From an uncultured Verrucomicrobiae bacterium (GTDB taxonomy: Bacteria > Verrucomicrobiota > Verrucomicrobiia > Chthoniobacterales > JAFAMB01): 64,000 nucleotides of DNA. The notes under the pieces are model-generated. The model was not told the DNA's origin and ran no database searches. It saw nothing but the letters and a program-made list of their open reading frames with translations. Made by a program: the position numbers and the translations under genes. The DNA is taken from contig CAVXLD010000001.1 of the NCBI GenBank assembly GCA_963762565.1, positions 416,001 to 480,000 on the forward strand, written 5' to 3'. Shown here in pieces: positions 8,702 to 20,209 of this stretch. The first letter of the stretch is position 1, and each line of letters starts with the position of its first letter.

Positions 8702-9913
8702 TTATTTAGTGTCGCTTTTCCCAACCACCGCTCCTCGCGAGGAAACCTGGTCCCGGTAGATGCGGTCCTTCCAGGTGATGCCTTTGCCCTTAGCTTGCCA
8801 AAAACTATTAACCGCAATCAATAAAGCCAAGCTATAGCCGATGGGCTGAAAACAGATGCTGAGCCAGGATGTCTTAAACCGGATGGCAGCAGCGATCCGC
8901 AGGCAAAGAATGATGCCCGTCGCCAGACAAAGTTCAGTCCGATGATAGAACGGTAAGACCAGAAAAGGGAGTACACACACCAGGAACTGCCAGATAATCG
9001 CCAGCCAAAACCCGACCCAATCGCCATCGAATACAGGCCAAAGGTTCTTAGTAAAACCTTCCCAAATCTGAGCTAGGGAAGTATACATGCGACAACTGAC
9101 GAGGCGGGTGCCGTCGCAGGTTACTACACGCCAGCCATCAGGAATTCGTTCAGCGATCTCACGCGCCAGCGAGATGTCTTCGACCAAGTGCTCCCCCACC
9201 GCTCGATGACCGCCCATCTCAAAATAGCTCTCGCTCCGGAATAAAAGAAATTGTCCGGTGGCTGTACCACAAAGAGACAGGAATTTGCCTCCTAGGATAC
9301 GAGCGAGCCAAGGGACGCGCTGGGCCCAGACTAAGAGCCAATGAGGCAGATAGGAGCCGCCAACCACGAAGATCAACGGAACAATGAGTTTTTCGGCAAA
9401 AGTAACCGTGGTCTGATACGGCCAAAGCGTCAGTAGATCACAACCAAATTGTTGAGCATCGGTAATCGCTGAAGAAACCGCTTCCGGTTGATGATGAGTA
9501 TCCGCGTCCGTAAACAACAAATATTCTCCGTGCGCGGCTTCAGCTAACTGATGGCAGGCCCAGGATTTTCCGGTCCATCCCGGTGGTAAGGGCGCTCCCA
9601 AAATCAGCCGGTGATTGGACTCCGGACCGGTCGAGAAACCGAGAGTGCGAACAATATCGGCGGTAGCGTCCAACGATTCATCGTCGAGGACAATGATCTC
9701 CAACGAAGGATAATTTTGTCCTAGCAGTGATTCTAAACAGGGTCTGATTCGTGCCGCCTCATTTCTAGCCGGTAATAAGACCGAGACTCGAGGCGGCGCC
9801 TCCGGCGCGATCTGAGGACGGAGGCGGGGCAGGAGCAACAAGTTCAGAATGAACTGGATAAAGAGGGCCGCACTGACTACGAGCGAGAACCAGAGCCAGA
9901 GGTTAACGATCAT
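8702..9913 (-). CDS. Family 2 glycosyltransferase (carotenoid/hopanoid-type GT2)
   Basis: PARNE, DDES, GWTGKSWAC, FTDAD, VEDISLA, RMY..GFTKN motifs; N- and C-terminal TM segments; start MIVNLW. Confidence 0.85.
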   Translation of the reverse strand: MIVNLWLWFSLVVSAALFIQFILNLLLLPRLRPQIAPEAPPRVSVLLPARNEAARIRPCLESLLGQNYPSLEIIVLDDESLDATADIVRTLGFSTGPESNHRLILGAPLPPGWTGKSWACHQLAEAAHGEYLLFTDADTHHQPEAVSSAITDAQQFGCDLLTLWPYQTTVTFAEKLIVPLIFVVGGSYLPHWLLVWAQRVPWLARILGGKFLSLCGTATGQFLLFRSESYFEMGGHRAVGEHLVEDISLAREIAERIPDGWRVVTCDGTRLVSCRMYTSLAQIWEGFTKNLWPVFDGDWVGFWLAIIWQFLVCVLPFLVLPFYHRTELCLATGIILCLRIAAAIRFKTSWLSICFQPIGYSLALLIAVNSFWQAKGKGITWKDRIYRDQVSSRGAVVGKSDTK

Positions 9914-10085
9914 AAAGCCGTCATCGCCGACAATGCCATCAACGCGAGCAAGGCACGCTCCAGCGTCCCGACCGGGTCGGCCTCGCAAGCGAGGCACGCT
10001 CCACGGCTCGCGACGCTGACGGCATTCATGGCATTAAAAAGGTGTCTTGACAGGAAGCGGCTCTTGAATGGCATAAACTTCGGCG

Positions 10086-10646
10086 ATGTTCAGGGCAATC
10101 CGACAAAATTTGTTCACGTTCCCGGCGTTGACCGGTCCCGCGGTCGCGGGAGCGTTGGCGGTGTTATTCATAACCGGCTGCGCGGAGATCGAAAACACGG
10201 TTTACGATATCAGAGGGCTACCGCCCGGCAAAGTGTCGCTCGTCGTGGATCTGACTGCGCAGGAGGCTTACCTTTATGCCGGCGGCCAACTGGCGCTGAA
10301 AGCTCCGATTTCGACCGGCCGCGAGGGCTACAACACATCGCCGGGCCGGTACAAAATCATCCAGAAGGATATCGATCATCAGTCAAGCATTTACGGTGAA
10401 TACGTAAAGGACGGGATCGTTATCAAAGCCGACGCGAACGTCTACAAAGATCCGAAACCGCGCGGCGCTAAGTTCGTCGGAGCGCCGATGCCTTATTTCA
10501 TGAGGATTTATGGCGGAGTCGGTCTCCATGAAGGAGATCTGCCGGGCTACCCAGCGTCTCACGGTTGTATCCGGATGCCCGGCTCAAAAGCAAGACGGTT
10601 CTTCGACGCTGTGGAGTTGGGAACACCGGTCAAGGTGGTCAGGTAA
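10086..10646 (+). CDS. L,D-transpeptidase (YkuD family), probable lipoprotein
   Basis: ISTG, LHEG..PGYPASHGCIRM catalytic motif; lipobox-like FITGC. Confidence 0.9.
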   Translation: MFRAIRQNLFTFPALTGPAVAGALAVLFITGCAEIENTVYDIRGLPPGKVSLVVDLTAQEAYLYAGGQLALKAPISTGREGYNTSPGRYKIIQKDIDHQSSIYGEYVKDGIVIKADANVYKDPKPRGAKFVGAPMPYFMRIYGGVGLHEGDLPGYPASHGCIRMPGSKARRFFDAVELGTPVKVVR

Positions 10647-10861
10647 GAGCCGGGAAGCAGATTGTGGAGCGTGCCTCGCTTGCGAGGCCGTGGTAAACAA
10701 GGCCGACGAAAGGGCGCCACTCATGACGGGCAGCGCCATTACGCTCGCACAGGTAAAAGTCAGCACACAAAGGCGCTGACAAAAACAGGGTAAGACATCG
10801 AGGCGTCCCGTTGCTTACCACGGCCTCGCAAGCGAGGCGCGCTCCAGGGCTGGCTCCTTCG

Positions 10862-11413
10862 TCAGGCCCGCACGTTTTGCTCCGCCCACTTCAGGAGTGT
10901 TTCCTTCTCGTAATAGAGGTAATCCCAGTTCGACTTAAAATTACCCGTAGCGGACCAGCCCAGATAAAGAGCTTTGACCAGGCTTTTGGTCCCTTGAGAA
11001 ATAACTCTTCCCCTGCCGTCAAGGACGGTATAATCGAAGGTCATCCGGATTGGCTGGGAATCCCGGTCGTATCGGATCTGGCTGTGCTGCGGCTTCCAAG
11101 GCTCGTAACGGCCGCCGAGATCGATATCGGTGAACTTCAGGATTAGGGTACAGCCGGGTGCTGCCTTAGCCACAACCGGAGACAACGCCTCTGTCATTTC
11201 GTCACCGAAGATCTTCGCCGATTTCCACTCATCGAAATCGTGGATTTTGATATCGGTGAAATATTTGGGATTAGCGAATTCGATCCGGACATTCGGCCCC
11301 GATTCGGTATTGACTGACGGTCTCCCACTTGAAGCCGACCCGGCAAAGGCAGTGATGGCGATGGTTGAAGCCAGCGGCACCAGTAAATTGCGCCACAGAC
11401 TCAAGATTTTCAT
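10862..11413 (-). CDS. DUF3016-like secreted protein
   Basis: Signal peptide; 'FANPKYFTDI...LKFTDIDLGG...PIRMTFDYTVLD...YYEKETLLKW' pattern; start MKILS. Confidence 0.7.
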   Translation of the reverse strand: MKILSLWRNLLVPLASTIAITAFAGSASSGRPSVNTESGPNVRIEFANPKYFTDIKIHDFDEWKSAKIFGDEMTEALSPVVAKAAPGCTLILKFTDIDLGGRYEPWKPQHSQIRYDRDSQPIRMTFDYTVLDGRGRVISQGTKSLVKALYLGWSATGNFKSNWDYLYYEKETLLKWAEQNVRA

Positions 11414-11459
11414 AGTCAAGCAAATAAGCACAGAAAGTGCCCGTGCGCACCCGGTTTTC

Positions 11460-11845
11460 GGTAGGGCGAAAAACTCGGCGCGCCAAGCGCGTGACCAACG
11501 AAATGGGCTTTGTCGCGCCGGTTTTGAGCCGTTCCGTGCGGCAACTTGGTGGGGCGAGGCTCCCAAATGGCCTGAGAGGTTTCGCAGCGGGCTAGCGCCA
11601 TGCCTCCGTCGCTAGGTTGCCTAGGCCTAAACTCCGCCGAGCCGTGGTCCATCGCGGGCCACGGCTCGGCGCACTTGTCGACCTTGGCAAACGATCGATG
11701 GGCAACCCTCCTTTTCTCTGTGAAAGCGATTCGGCCGTTCGGGAGCCTCGCCCCACCAAACCAACAAGCGGCGCGGCTCAAAACCAGCGCGACCAGACGC
11801 TAAGAACAACTATAATCTAGGGCGCGCCGAGTTTTTCGCCCTACC
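11460..11845. repeat. Nested REP-like palindrome (three paired arms)
   Basis: GGTAGGGCGAAAAACTCGGCGCGC 11460-11483/11822-11845; GTCGCGCCGGTTTTGAGCCG ~11512-11531/~11774-11793; TTGGTGGGGCGAGGCTCCC 11546-11564/11741-11759. Confidence 0.85.
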
Positions 11846-11967
11846 AGCGCCCCGCCCCTGATTATGCGAGCCGGAAATGCGGACCAACGCCCTAGGTGCG
11901 ACCCTCTGCGATTTAAACCACTCCTTGCAAACCGGCCGTCTCTGGGATAACGGAGCGAACCCGATGT

Positions 11968-13530
11968 ATGCATGCCCGTTCTATAACGCTCTACGACACC
12001 ACCCTGCGTGACGGTACACAGGCCGAGGGAATCTCTTTCAGTGTCCAAGATAAGATTCGGATCGCAGAAAAGCTGACCGCCTTTGGCATCCATTACATTG
12101 AAGGAGGATGGCCCGGTTCCAATCCCAAGGATATCGCGTTCTTTGAGCAGGCGAAGGGACGCGATTGGGGGCAGGCGAAGATTTGCGCTTTCGGAAGCAC
12201 TTGCCGGCAGAAAATAAGTCCGGCTGAAGATCCCCAGGTACGGCTACTGCTTGAGGCCGCCACGCCGGTGGTAACCATCGTAGGGAAAAGCTGGCGTTTG
12301 CACGTCGAGCAAATCCTGGGCGTTTCGCTCGAAGAAAATCTTAGGATGATTAGGGAGACGGTTGATTACCTGAAACAAGCAGGACGCGAGGTGATCCTTG
12401 ATGCGGAACATTTTTTCGACGGCTACAAGGACGACTCGGACCAGGCGCTGGCTGCGATAGCCGCAGCAAGAGACGCCGGCGCCGATATGGTCGTACTTTG
12501 TGATACCAACGGCGGATCGATGGTGCACGAGGTGAGCGAGATCACCCAAAAAGTTGTGCACCAGCTGAGGTTACCCGTGGGGATTCACACGCATAACGAC
12601 TGCGAACTTGGCGTCGCCAACGCCCTGGAGGCTTTGCGAGCCGGCGCTACTCAGGTCCAAGGGACGATTAATGGCTACGGGGAGCGCACCGGGAACTGCA
12701 ATCTGACCAGTGTCATCCCAAATCTCCAGCTCAAGCTCGGTATCGAAGTGGTGCCCGATCTCACCCGATTGCACGAGCTTTCCTCGTTCGTGGACGAGCT
12801 CGCGAATTGCCAGCACAATATCCGGGCCCCGTTTGTCGGGGCTACCGCTTTTGCTCATAAAGGCGGCCTGCACGCGAACGCAGTGGAGAAGCTGGCCAGG
12901 AGCTACGAACACATCACGCCGGGAGCGGTGGGTAATCAGCAACAAATTCTGGTTTCCGAGTTATCCGGACAAAGCAACGTGATTGCAAAGGCGCGGCAGC
13001 TAGGGTTCCAACTGGATAAACGTTCTCCGCAGGTGGCCGCGATTCTAACGGAGGTCAAACGCCTCGAACATCTGGGGTATGAGTTCGAGGCGGCGGAAGC
13101 TTCCTTTGAACTGTTGGTTCGCCGGGTACTGACCGGTCCGAAGCCATTTTGGGAGCTGCTCGAATATCACTGTACCTATATCCGATCCGTTCGGAACCAA
13201 TTCGAGACTTGCGAAGCAACTGTCAAATTACGAGTGAGAGATCAAGATATTTATATGGTGGCCGAGGGAGATGGTCCGGTAAACGCCTTGGATGGCGCCC
13301 TGCGCAAAGCGTTAGTTCCGACCTATCCCGAGATTGAGAACATCCGGCTGACCGATTACAAGGTTCGGATCATTGGAGTAACCGCCGGGACGGCAGCCAG
13401 AACCCGGGTTCTGATTGATTCAAGCGACCACCGAGAGACATGGAGCACGGTCGGAGTGTCTGATAATATCATCGAGGCAAGCTGGCTCGCGCTGGTCGAT
13501 AGCTACGAGTACCAGTTGCGCCAGCGATGA
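11968..13530 (+). CDS. cimA: Citramalate synthase
   Basis: DTTLRDGTQAEG, IEGGWPGSNPKD, DAEHFFDG, HTHND, GYGERTGN, FAHKGGLH and the LeuA-type regulatory C-terminal domain. Confidence 0.9.
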   Translation: MHARSITLYDTTLRDGTQAEGISFSVQDKIRIAEKLTAFGIHYIEGGWPGSNPKDIAFFEQAKGRDWGQAKICAFGSTCRQKISPAEDPQVRLLLEAATPVVTIVGKSWRLHVEQILGVSLEENLRMIRETVDYLKQAGREVILDAEHFFDGYKDDSDQALAAIAAARDAGADMVVLCDTNGGSMVHEVSEITQKVVHQLRLPVGIHTHNDCELGVANALEALRAGATQVQGTINGYGERTGNCNLTSVIPNLQLKLGIEVVPDLTRLHELSSFVDELANCQHNIRAPFVGATAFAHKGGLHANAVEKLARSYEHITPGAVGNQQQILVSELSGQSNVIAKARQLGFQLDKRSPQVAAILTEVKRLEHLGYEFEAAEASFELLVRRVLTGPKPFWELLEYHCTYIRSVRNQFETCEATVKLRVRDQDIYMVAEGDGPVNALDGALRKALVPTYPEIENIRLTDYKVRIIGVTAGTAARTRVLIDSSDHRETWSTVGVSDNIIEASWLALVDSYEYQLRQR

Positions 13531-13596
13531 CGCGGCCTTTGCTAGACATTGACGATACCGTTGTTTTCAGCTTCTCTGGCTTGAACTGAGCCAACT

Positions 13597-14376
13597 ATGG
13601 CGACGATCACTCTCCTTGGGACCGCTCCCGGGTACCCTGCCCCATACCGCAATCATTCTAGCTTTCTTTTGGACACGGGCGAGCACAAGGTCCTGGTCGA
13701 TGCCGGCGAATCCTGTAGCCGAACCTTGATGGAGTTGGGGATCGAGCCAGTCGAGCTGGATACGATCATTATCACCCATGGGCACTCCGATCATACGGCC
13801 GGGTTAGCCATGTTGATCCAATCTTGCTGGATCGTCGGACGGCAGCGGCCTCTGCCGATCTTCTTGCCCAAAGAGCTGATTCAACCGTTGACCGTTTGGT
13901 TGGACGCCTCGTATATCGGCCCGGACTTTATCCCATTTAAACTCCAGTTTCAGGCTTGGGAGGAGAGCGATCACGCCAATATCTGCGGTATAAATGTTCG
14001 GATAGCACCCACGACCCATCTGGATTCGCTGGTCAAACGGTTTGGCAATGGCCGGTTTCATCCTTTTAGCCTGGCCTTCGATTGTCCGGCGTTCGAATTC
14101 GTCGCCTCGGGCGATCTGGGTGGTCCGGAAGATTTACTCCCTCACTTGCGGAACGGAACCGACCTATTGATTTGCGAGCTGGCCCATTTTCCGCCACTGG
14201 ACCTTTTTAAGTTTCTGCAGCAATTCAGGATAAGCAGATTGGTATTAACGCACGGTTCGGCCGAGGTTCTGGCTGATATCGATTCAGTGGTAGCCAAGGC
14301 GCGAGCGATGCTGCCAAACACCGAGGTTTTCTTTGCGGAAGACAAAATGAAGGTGGAGTTGGTCGCGAGGAAGTAG
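13597..14376 (+). CDS. MBL-fold metallohydrolase (RNase Z-like)
   Basis: LLGT, VDAGE, THGHSDH, SGD and LTH motifs. Confidence 0.8.
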   Translation: MATITLLGTAPGYPAPYRNHSSFLLDTGEHKVLVDAGESCSRTLMELGIEPVELDTIIITHGHSDHTAGLAMLIQSCWIVGRQRPLPIFLPKELIQPLTVWLDASYIGPDFIPFKLQFQAWEESDHANICGINVRIAPTTHLDSLVKRFGNGRFHPFSLAFDCPAFEFVASGDLGGPEDLLPHLRNGTDLLICELAHFPPLDLFKFLQQFRISRLVLTHGSAEVLADIDSVVAKARAMLPNTEVFFAEDKMKVELVARK

Positions 14377-14676
14377 GGAGAGGCGGACGGGTCGCAACCC
14401 GTGGAGCGCTGCCTCGCTTGCGAGGCCGATGGTGCGCAAGGAGGCGTCGTGAGCGCTGTCTGCCCATATCTGTTTCGCGACCTCTATTTCCCTCACGCTG
14501 AAGGGCACAGTTCACCATCGCTCTGGCCCATCATCGGCCCTGCTTACCATGGGCCTCGCAAGCGAGGCAGCGCTCCACATTGGCGCCCCCCGGAGGCTAC
14601 GTCGAGCGGGCCAGCTGAATGCCGGCCCGAATTTTTAATTGTGCCACTCCCGCTCTGACCTATGTTCAACCTCCTT

Positions 14677-16533
14677 ATGGATTCAGATCTGCAAGCTTTG
14701 GTCGACTCAGGAAAGATTGCGGCGAAGACTGGCCAACAGCTTCAGCAGCTAAAACCGGGAACCTATTGCCTCCACAAAAGTTGGGGCTTCGGCCAGGTAA
14801 AGGCCTGGAATTTGTTACTGAATCAAGTCGTCGTTGATTTTGAGAGCAAAAAACATCACACCATGCAGCCGCAATACGCGGCTGAATCTTTGCAGCCGCT
14901 GCCGGAAAATCATTTTCTGGTCCGAAAAGCAATCGGCCTTGATGCCCTTAAGACGCAAGCTGACAACGATATCCCCGGTCTCTTTGTGCTTCTGCTCAAC
15001 GGGTCCGGAGGGAAACTGACTCAGGACCAGATTCAGAAGGCGGTAACGCCAGAGGTCGTCTCCGAAGCGGATTTCAAGAAATGGTGGGACAACGTCAAAA
15101 AGATTTTGCGCAAGGACGGTCGATTCGCGCTTCCGACCAAGAAGACAGAACCGGTTAGCGTTCGGGAACAGGCGCTCAGTTATAGCGATGAACTCATCGA
15201 AACGTTCCAGAAGGCAAGACAGCTTAAAGATCAGGTCACTCGCCTGGATCAGATCGTAAAGAACGCCGGCATTTTCGGGGACAAGACCGAGTCCCTGCAA
15301 GCGGTGGCAACGCAAGCCGAAGAGAGTGTCAGCCGCAACCGGCGTCTGCATCCGGCGCAGGCCATGGAGCTACTAATCGAGTGCGACGATCTGCTCAAAG
15401 AGGTGCCCAGTTTGTCCGCAGGCGCAATTAGCTTGACCCAATTGTTGCAGGAACATGAATCGAAGCTCAGCCAGATCGTGTCCCAAGTGGCCGCCGCTCG
15501 ACAACGGCGAGTCCTATCCGAGTTTCTAATTGCGTTCCCGCAGGATTGGGATCGGCGATTGCTACATATTTTTCAGGACGCCGGCTATAGAATCGTGGCG
15601 GAGATCGCCAAGGTGTTTGTCGAGAACCAGCGAACTGAAGATCTGCGGCAATATCTCGTACGATCGATCCGGGACCATTCCGCCTCTTCGGACATCCTGT
15701 ATTGGTTGGCGAAAGAGCGGGCAACGATAGAATTTCCCGACTTGATCGAGCCGGACGTCCTGGCTGCGATGTTCGGCGCCCTGGAACGCGACCAATTTGC
15801 TGAAGCTCGCCGAGGCTCAAAGCTGCATGATCTACTAATCGACGACAAAGAGCTGATCTCTGACCTAATTATGAGCGCATCGCTGAGCCAGGCACGCGAT
15901 TTAATGCGCCGGTTGATGCTGACGCCCGTTTTTGAAGAGTTGAATAAGCGCTCGTTGATGGCTCGAATGATTAAGGTCCACGGCGAATTGCAGCAGATGG
16001 TCAGCGGCGAATCTGAAGAGAAGGAAGAAGCTTTGGTTGTATCCTGGCCCAGCCTGGAAAGGCGGAAAGGCGAATACGACGATCTGGTTTCAAAGAAAAT
16101 CCCTGAGAACACCAGGGAGATTGGTATCGCCCGTTCCTACGGTGATCTGCGGGAAAATTTCGAGTACAAAGCCGCTAAAGAAATGCAGACCGTCCTGATG
16201 CGGCGAAAGGCCGAGCTCGAACAGATGTTATCCCGCGCTCGCGGCACTGGTTTCGATAATGTCGACTCCGGTCAGGTATCTATCGGAACATCAGTCGTAA
16301 CCCGGGATATAGAGAGCGGGGAGCTGTCCACCTTCCATATCTTGGGGGCCTGGGATAGTGATCCAGCTAAAAGTATCGTTTCCTATCAAACCGCGATCGG
16401 TCAGGCTTTGTTGGGGAAAACCGCTGGTGACACGGCGGAGTTGCCGGGCGAGGCCTCGATCAAAAAGGTGGAGATCGTGGAGATTACGGCCTGGCAAGAC
16501 ACGGAGAACGAGGCCGTCGCAGTCAACGAGTAG
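14677..16533 (+). CDS. greA: Long-form GreA transcription elongation factor
   Basis: C-terminal GreA domain (ARSYGDLRENFEYKAAKE, VSYQTAIGQALLG) after a ~450-aa N-terminal extension; start 14662 or 14677. Confidence 0.85.
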   Translation: MDSDLQALVDSGKIAAKTGQQLQQLKPGTYCLHKSWGFGQVKAWNLLLNQVVVDFESKKHHTMQPQYAAESLQPLPENHFLVRKAIGLDALKTQADNDIPGLFVLLLNGSGGKLTQDQIQKAVTPEVVSEADFKKWWDNVKKILRKDGRFALPTKKTEPVSVREQALSYSDELIETFQKARQLKDQVTRLDQIVKNAGIFGDKTESLQAVATQAEESVSRNRRLHPAQAMELLIECDDLLKEVPSLSAGAISLTQLLQEHESKLSQIVSQVAAARQRRVLSEFLIAFPQDWDRRLLHIFQDAGYRIVAEIAKVFVENQRTEDLRQYLVRSIRDHSASSDILYWLAKERATIEFPDLIEPDVLAAMFGALERDQFAEARRGSKLHDLLIDDKELISDLIMSASLSQARDLMRRLMLTPVFEELNKRSLMARMIKVHGELQQMVSGESEEKEEALVVSWPSLERRKGEYDDLVSKKIPENTREIGIARSYGDLRENFEYKAAKEMQTVLMRRKAELEQMLSRARGTGFDNVDSGQVSIGTSVVTRDIESGELSTFHILGAWDSDPAKSIVSYQTAIGQALLGKTAGDTAELPGEASIKKVEIVEITAWQDTENEAVAVNE

Positions 16534-16676
16534 AAGTCCAAGCACTGCCGATACATCCAAATTGCGAACCGTCGACAGGTACCATTTCGCCTCGACGGCT
16601 CCCTGTTCGTAAGCTAGAGCCGAGCGGCCACCTTTTTGGGCGTGACCGATCGCCCATAAGCAAATACTAATCTTAG

Positions 16677-17972
<1,296 letters not shown>

Positions 17973-18314
17973 GTGCGGTCGGCCTACGATAGCTTTGATG
18001 ATTCTCATACTGACTGGCTCCGATTGTTGCTCAATCGGATCCTCTATATTCTGCTGATCGCAGCTATCCTGATTCTAATGATCTGTTGGTTTCTGCCGCT
18101 ATTAAAAGAGCGGCAGAAACAAGAGTTAGCTCTCCAAACCCTTCAACAGCAACTAGCTGGGGCAAAGCTGGTCTATCGACGAGAACAGAAAAAGCTTTCG
18201 TGGATTCAGCACGACCCCGATTACCTGGAGTTGTTAGCCAGGGATAAGCTCGACCTCAAAAAGCCGGAAGAAAAAATCTTTCGAGCTGAGCCTAGTCCGG
18301 GGATTGGGAAGTGA
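17973..18314 (+). CDS. ftsB: Septum formation initiator (FtsB/DivIC family)
   Basis: TM helix + coiled coil + DPDYLELLARDKLDLKKPEE; classic position directly after eno. Confidence 0.8.
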   Translation: MRSAYDSFDDSHTDWLRLLLNRILYILLIAAILILMICWFLPLLKERQKQELALQTLQQQLAGAKLVYRREQKKLSWIQHDPDYLELLARDKLDLKKPEEKIFRAEPSPGIGK

Positions 18315-18325
18315 GACGTGATTGG
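18294..18325 (+). repeat. 32-bp direct repeat, copy 1 (attL-like)
   Basis: AGTCCGGGGATTGGGAAGTGAGACGTGATTGG, includes the ftsB stop codon; identical to 19783-19814. Confidence 0.9.
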
Positions 18326-18432
18326 TGGCAGCCAGCGGAATCTTGCAGGGCATCGTCATGCGTCACGTGAGTCGCTCCTAGCATTTAAGCGGGCTACCTT
18401 GCTCGTCTACCCATCGGCGGTATTCTCGTGGA

Positions 18433-18981
<549 letters not shown>

Positions 18982-19110
18982 CCGGTCGCCGGATCATCTG
19001 CCTAAAATTGCGTTAACCGGAAGAGTAATATCTGCGAAGGTTTGTTGAAGACCGAAGCATGGCCATTATTGTTTTCGACATCTGATGCGTGATGCGTGAT
19101 GATTGAGTCA

Positions 19111-19335
19111 ATGAGAACGACCTTAGATCTGGATGATGATATCTTGGCTGCGGCCAGATCGATTGCAGCTGCTCGGAAGGAAACGATGGGGAAAGTGGTA
19201 TCGGACCTGATTCGGCAAAGCCTCGCTGCCAAGGTAAAGAAGTCCCGGAGCGGTTTACCTCTGCTGCCTCATCGTCGGGGGGTGGTCGTCACCCAAGAGC
19301 TCATCGATAGACTACGGGAAGAACAAGGAATCTAG
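19111..19335 (+). CDS. VapB-like RHH antitoxin
   Basis: MRTTLDLDDDIL...VVSDLIRQSL; abuts the PIN toxin gene. Confidence 0.85.
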   Translation: MRTTLDLDDDILAAARSIAAARKETMGKVVSDLIRQSLAAKVKKSRSGLPLLPHRRGVVVTQELIDRLREEQGI

Positions 19336-19761
19336 GTGCAACGCCTTTTGGATATTAGCGTGCTAATCGCACTCTGTGACCCCAACCACCTCGCCCATGA
19401 GCGAGTCGCGTTGTGGTTTGAAGAAACGGGCGGAAAGGCCTGGGTCACATGTCCTATCACCGAGAATGGTTTTCTTCGAATTATATCCAGTCCCAGCTAC
19501 CCGGGGCTATCCGGTAGTGTGCCGGTCGCAGCCGAACTTCTGCGAAGGTTAAGGCGCCACCGAGGTCATCACTTTTGGGCAGACGACTACAGCATCGCGA
19601 ACGGTGTTGTTGACCTTCGACGAATCGCGGGTCCGAAACAGGTTACCGATCTTTACTTGTTAGGCTTAGCGACTCAACGGAAAGGTAAATTTAGCTCGCT
19701 GGATCTGAACGTCCCGGCAAAACTGGTGCAAGGAGGTACCGAAACCTACGAGATCATCTAA
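19336..19761 (+). CDS. vapC: VapC PIN-domain toxin
   Basis: LLDISVLIAL, CPITENGFLR, QVTDLYLLGLA, SLD acidic PIN residues. Confidence 0.88.
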   Translation: MQRLLDISVLIALCDPNHLAHERVALWFEETGGKAWVTCPITENGFLRIISSPSYPGLSGSVPVAAELLRRLRRHRGHHFWADDYSIANGVVDLRRIAGPKQVTDLYLLGLATQRKGKFSSLDLNVPAKLVQGGTETYEII

Positions 19762-19782
19762 GCTGCTAAGGCGTGATGAACC

Positions 19783-19814
19783 AGTCCGGGGATTGGGAAG
19801 TGAGACGTGATTGG
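19783..19814 (+). repeat. 32-bp direct repeat, copy 2 (attR-like)
   Basis: Exact copy of 18294-18325. Confidence 0.9.
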
Positions 19815-19857
19815 CAAGGCAAAACCAGCCGGACCGCAGTTTTAAGCCGACCAAGAG

Positions 19858-20187
19858 AATTACGTAGTGGTGTGTAATGCCACAGATGGGACGGTCTCTC
19901 GCAAAATCTTAGCGGCGCCGGACATCTGGGCGGATTTGAGTTTGGGACAACCTGCGCTGACACCCGATGGGAAGTACCTGTACGTCCCCTACTCATACAA
20001 CAACCAGTTGACCAGACCTTGTCACCAGGTCGCGATGATTGACGTCGGTACCGGAAAAATCCTTGGGAAAGTGATCACCGTAGGTAACTACCCCTATTGA
20101 GCCCAAGCGTCGCCAGACGGTAAAACCCTCTACGTCGCGAATGTGAACGATGGAACGGTCACGGTGATAGACATCTCTCCGCAATAA
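19858..20187 (+). pseudogene. YVTN/YncE beta-propeller fragment
   Basis: LTPDGKYLYV...ITVGNYPY*AQASPDGKTLYVANVNDGTVTVIDISPQ*: in-frame TGA at 20098-20100 and no N-terminus. Confidence 0.75.
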
Positions 20188-20209
20188 CGCTCCGCTCTGC
20201 GCTTAATCA

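Noticed and set aside
11414..11967. Short ORFs and the N-terminal extension of the DUF3016-like gene
   Set aside because: They lie within nested REP palindromes.
20098..20100. In-frame TGA as possible selenocysteine or readthrough
   Set aside because: It lies in a 5'-truncated fragment at a position compatible with Trp; a nonsense mutation is simpler.
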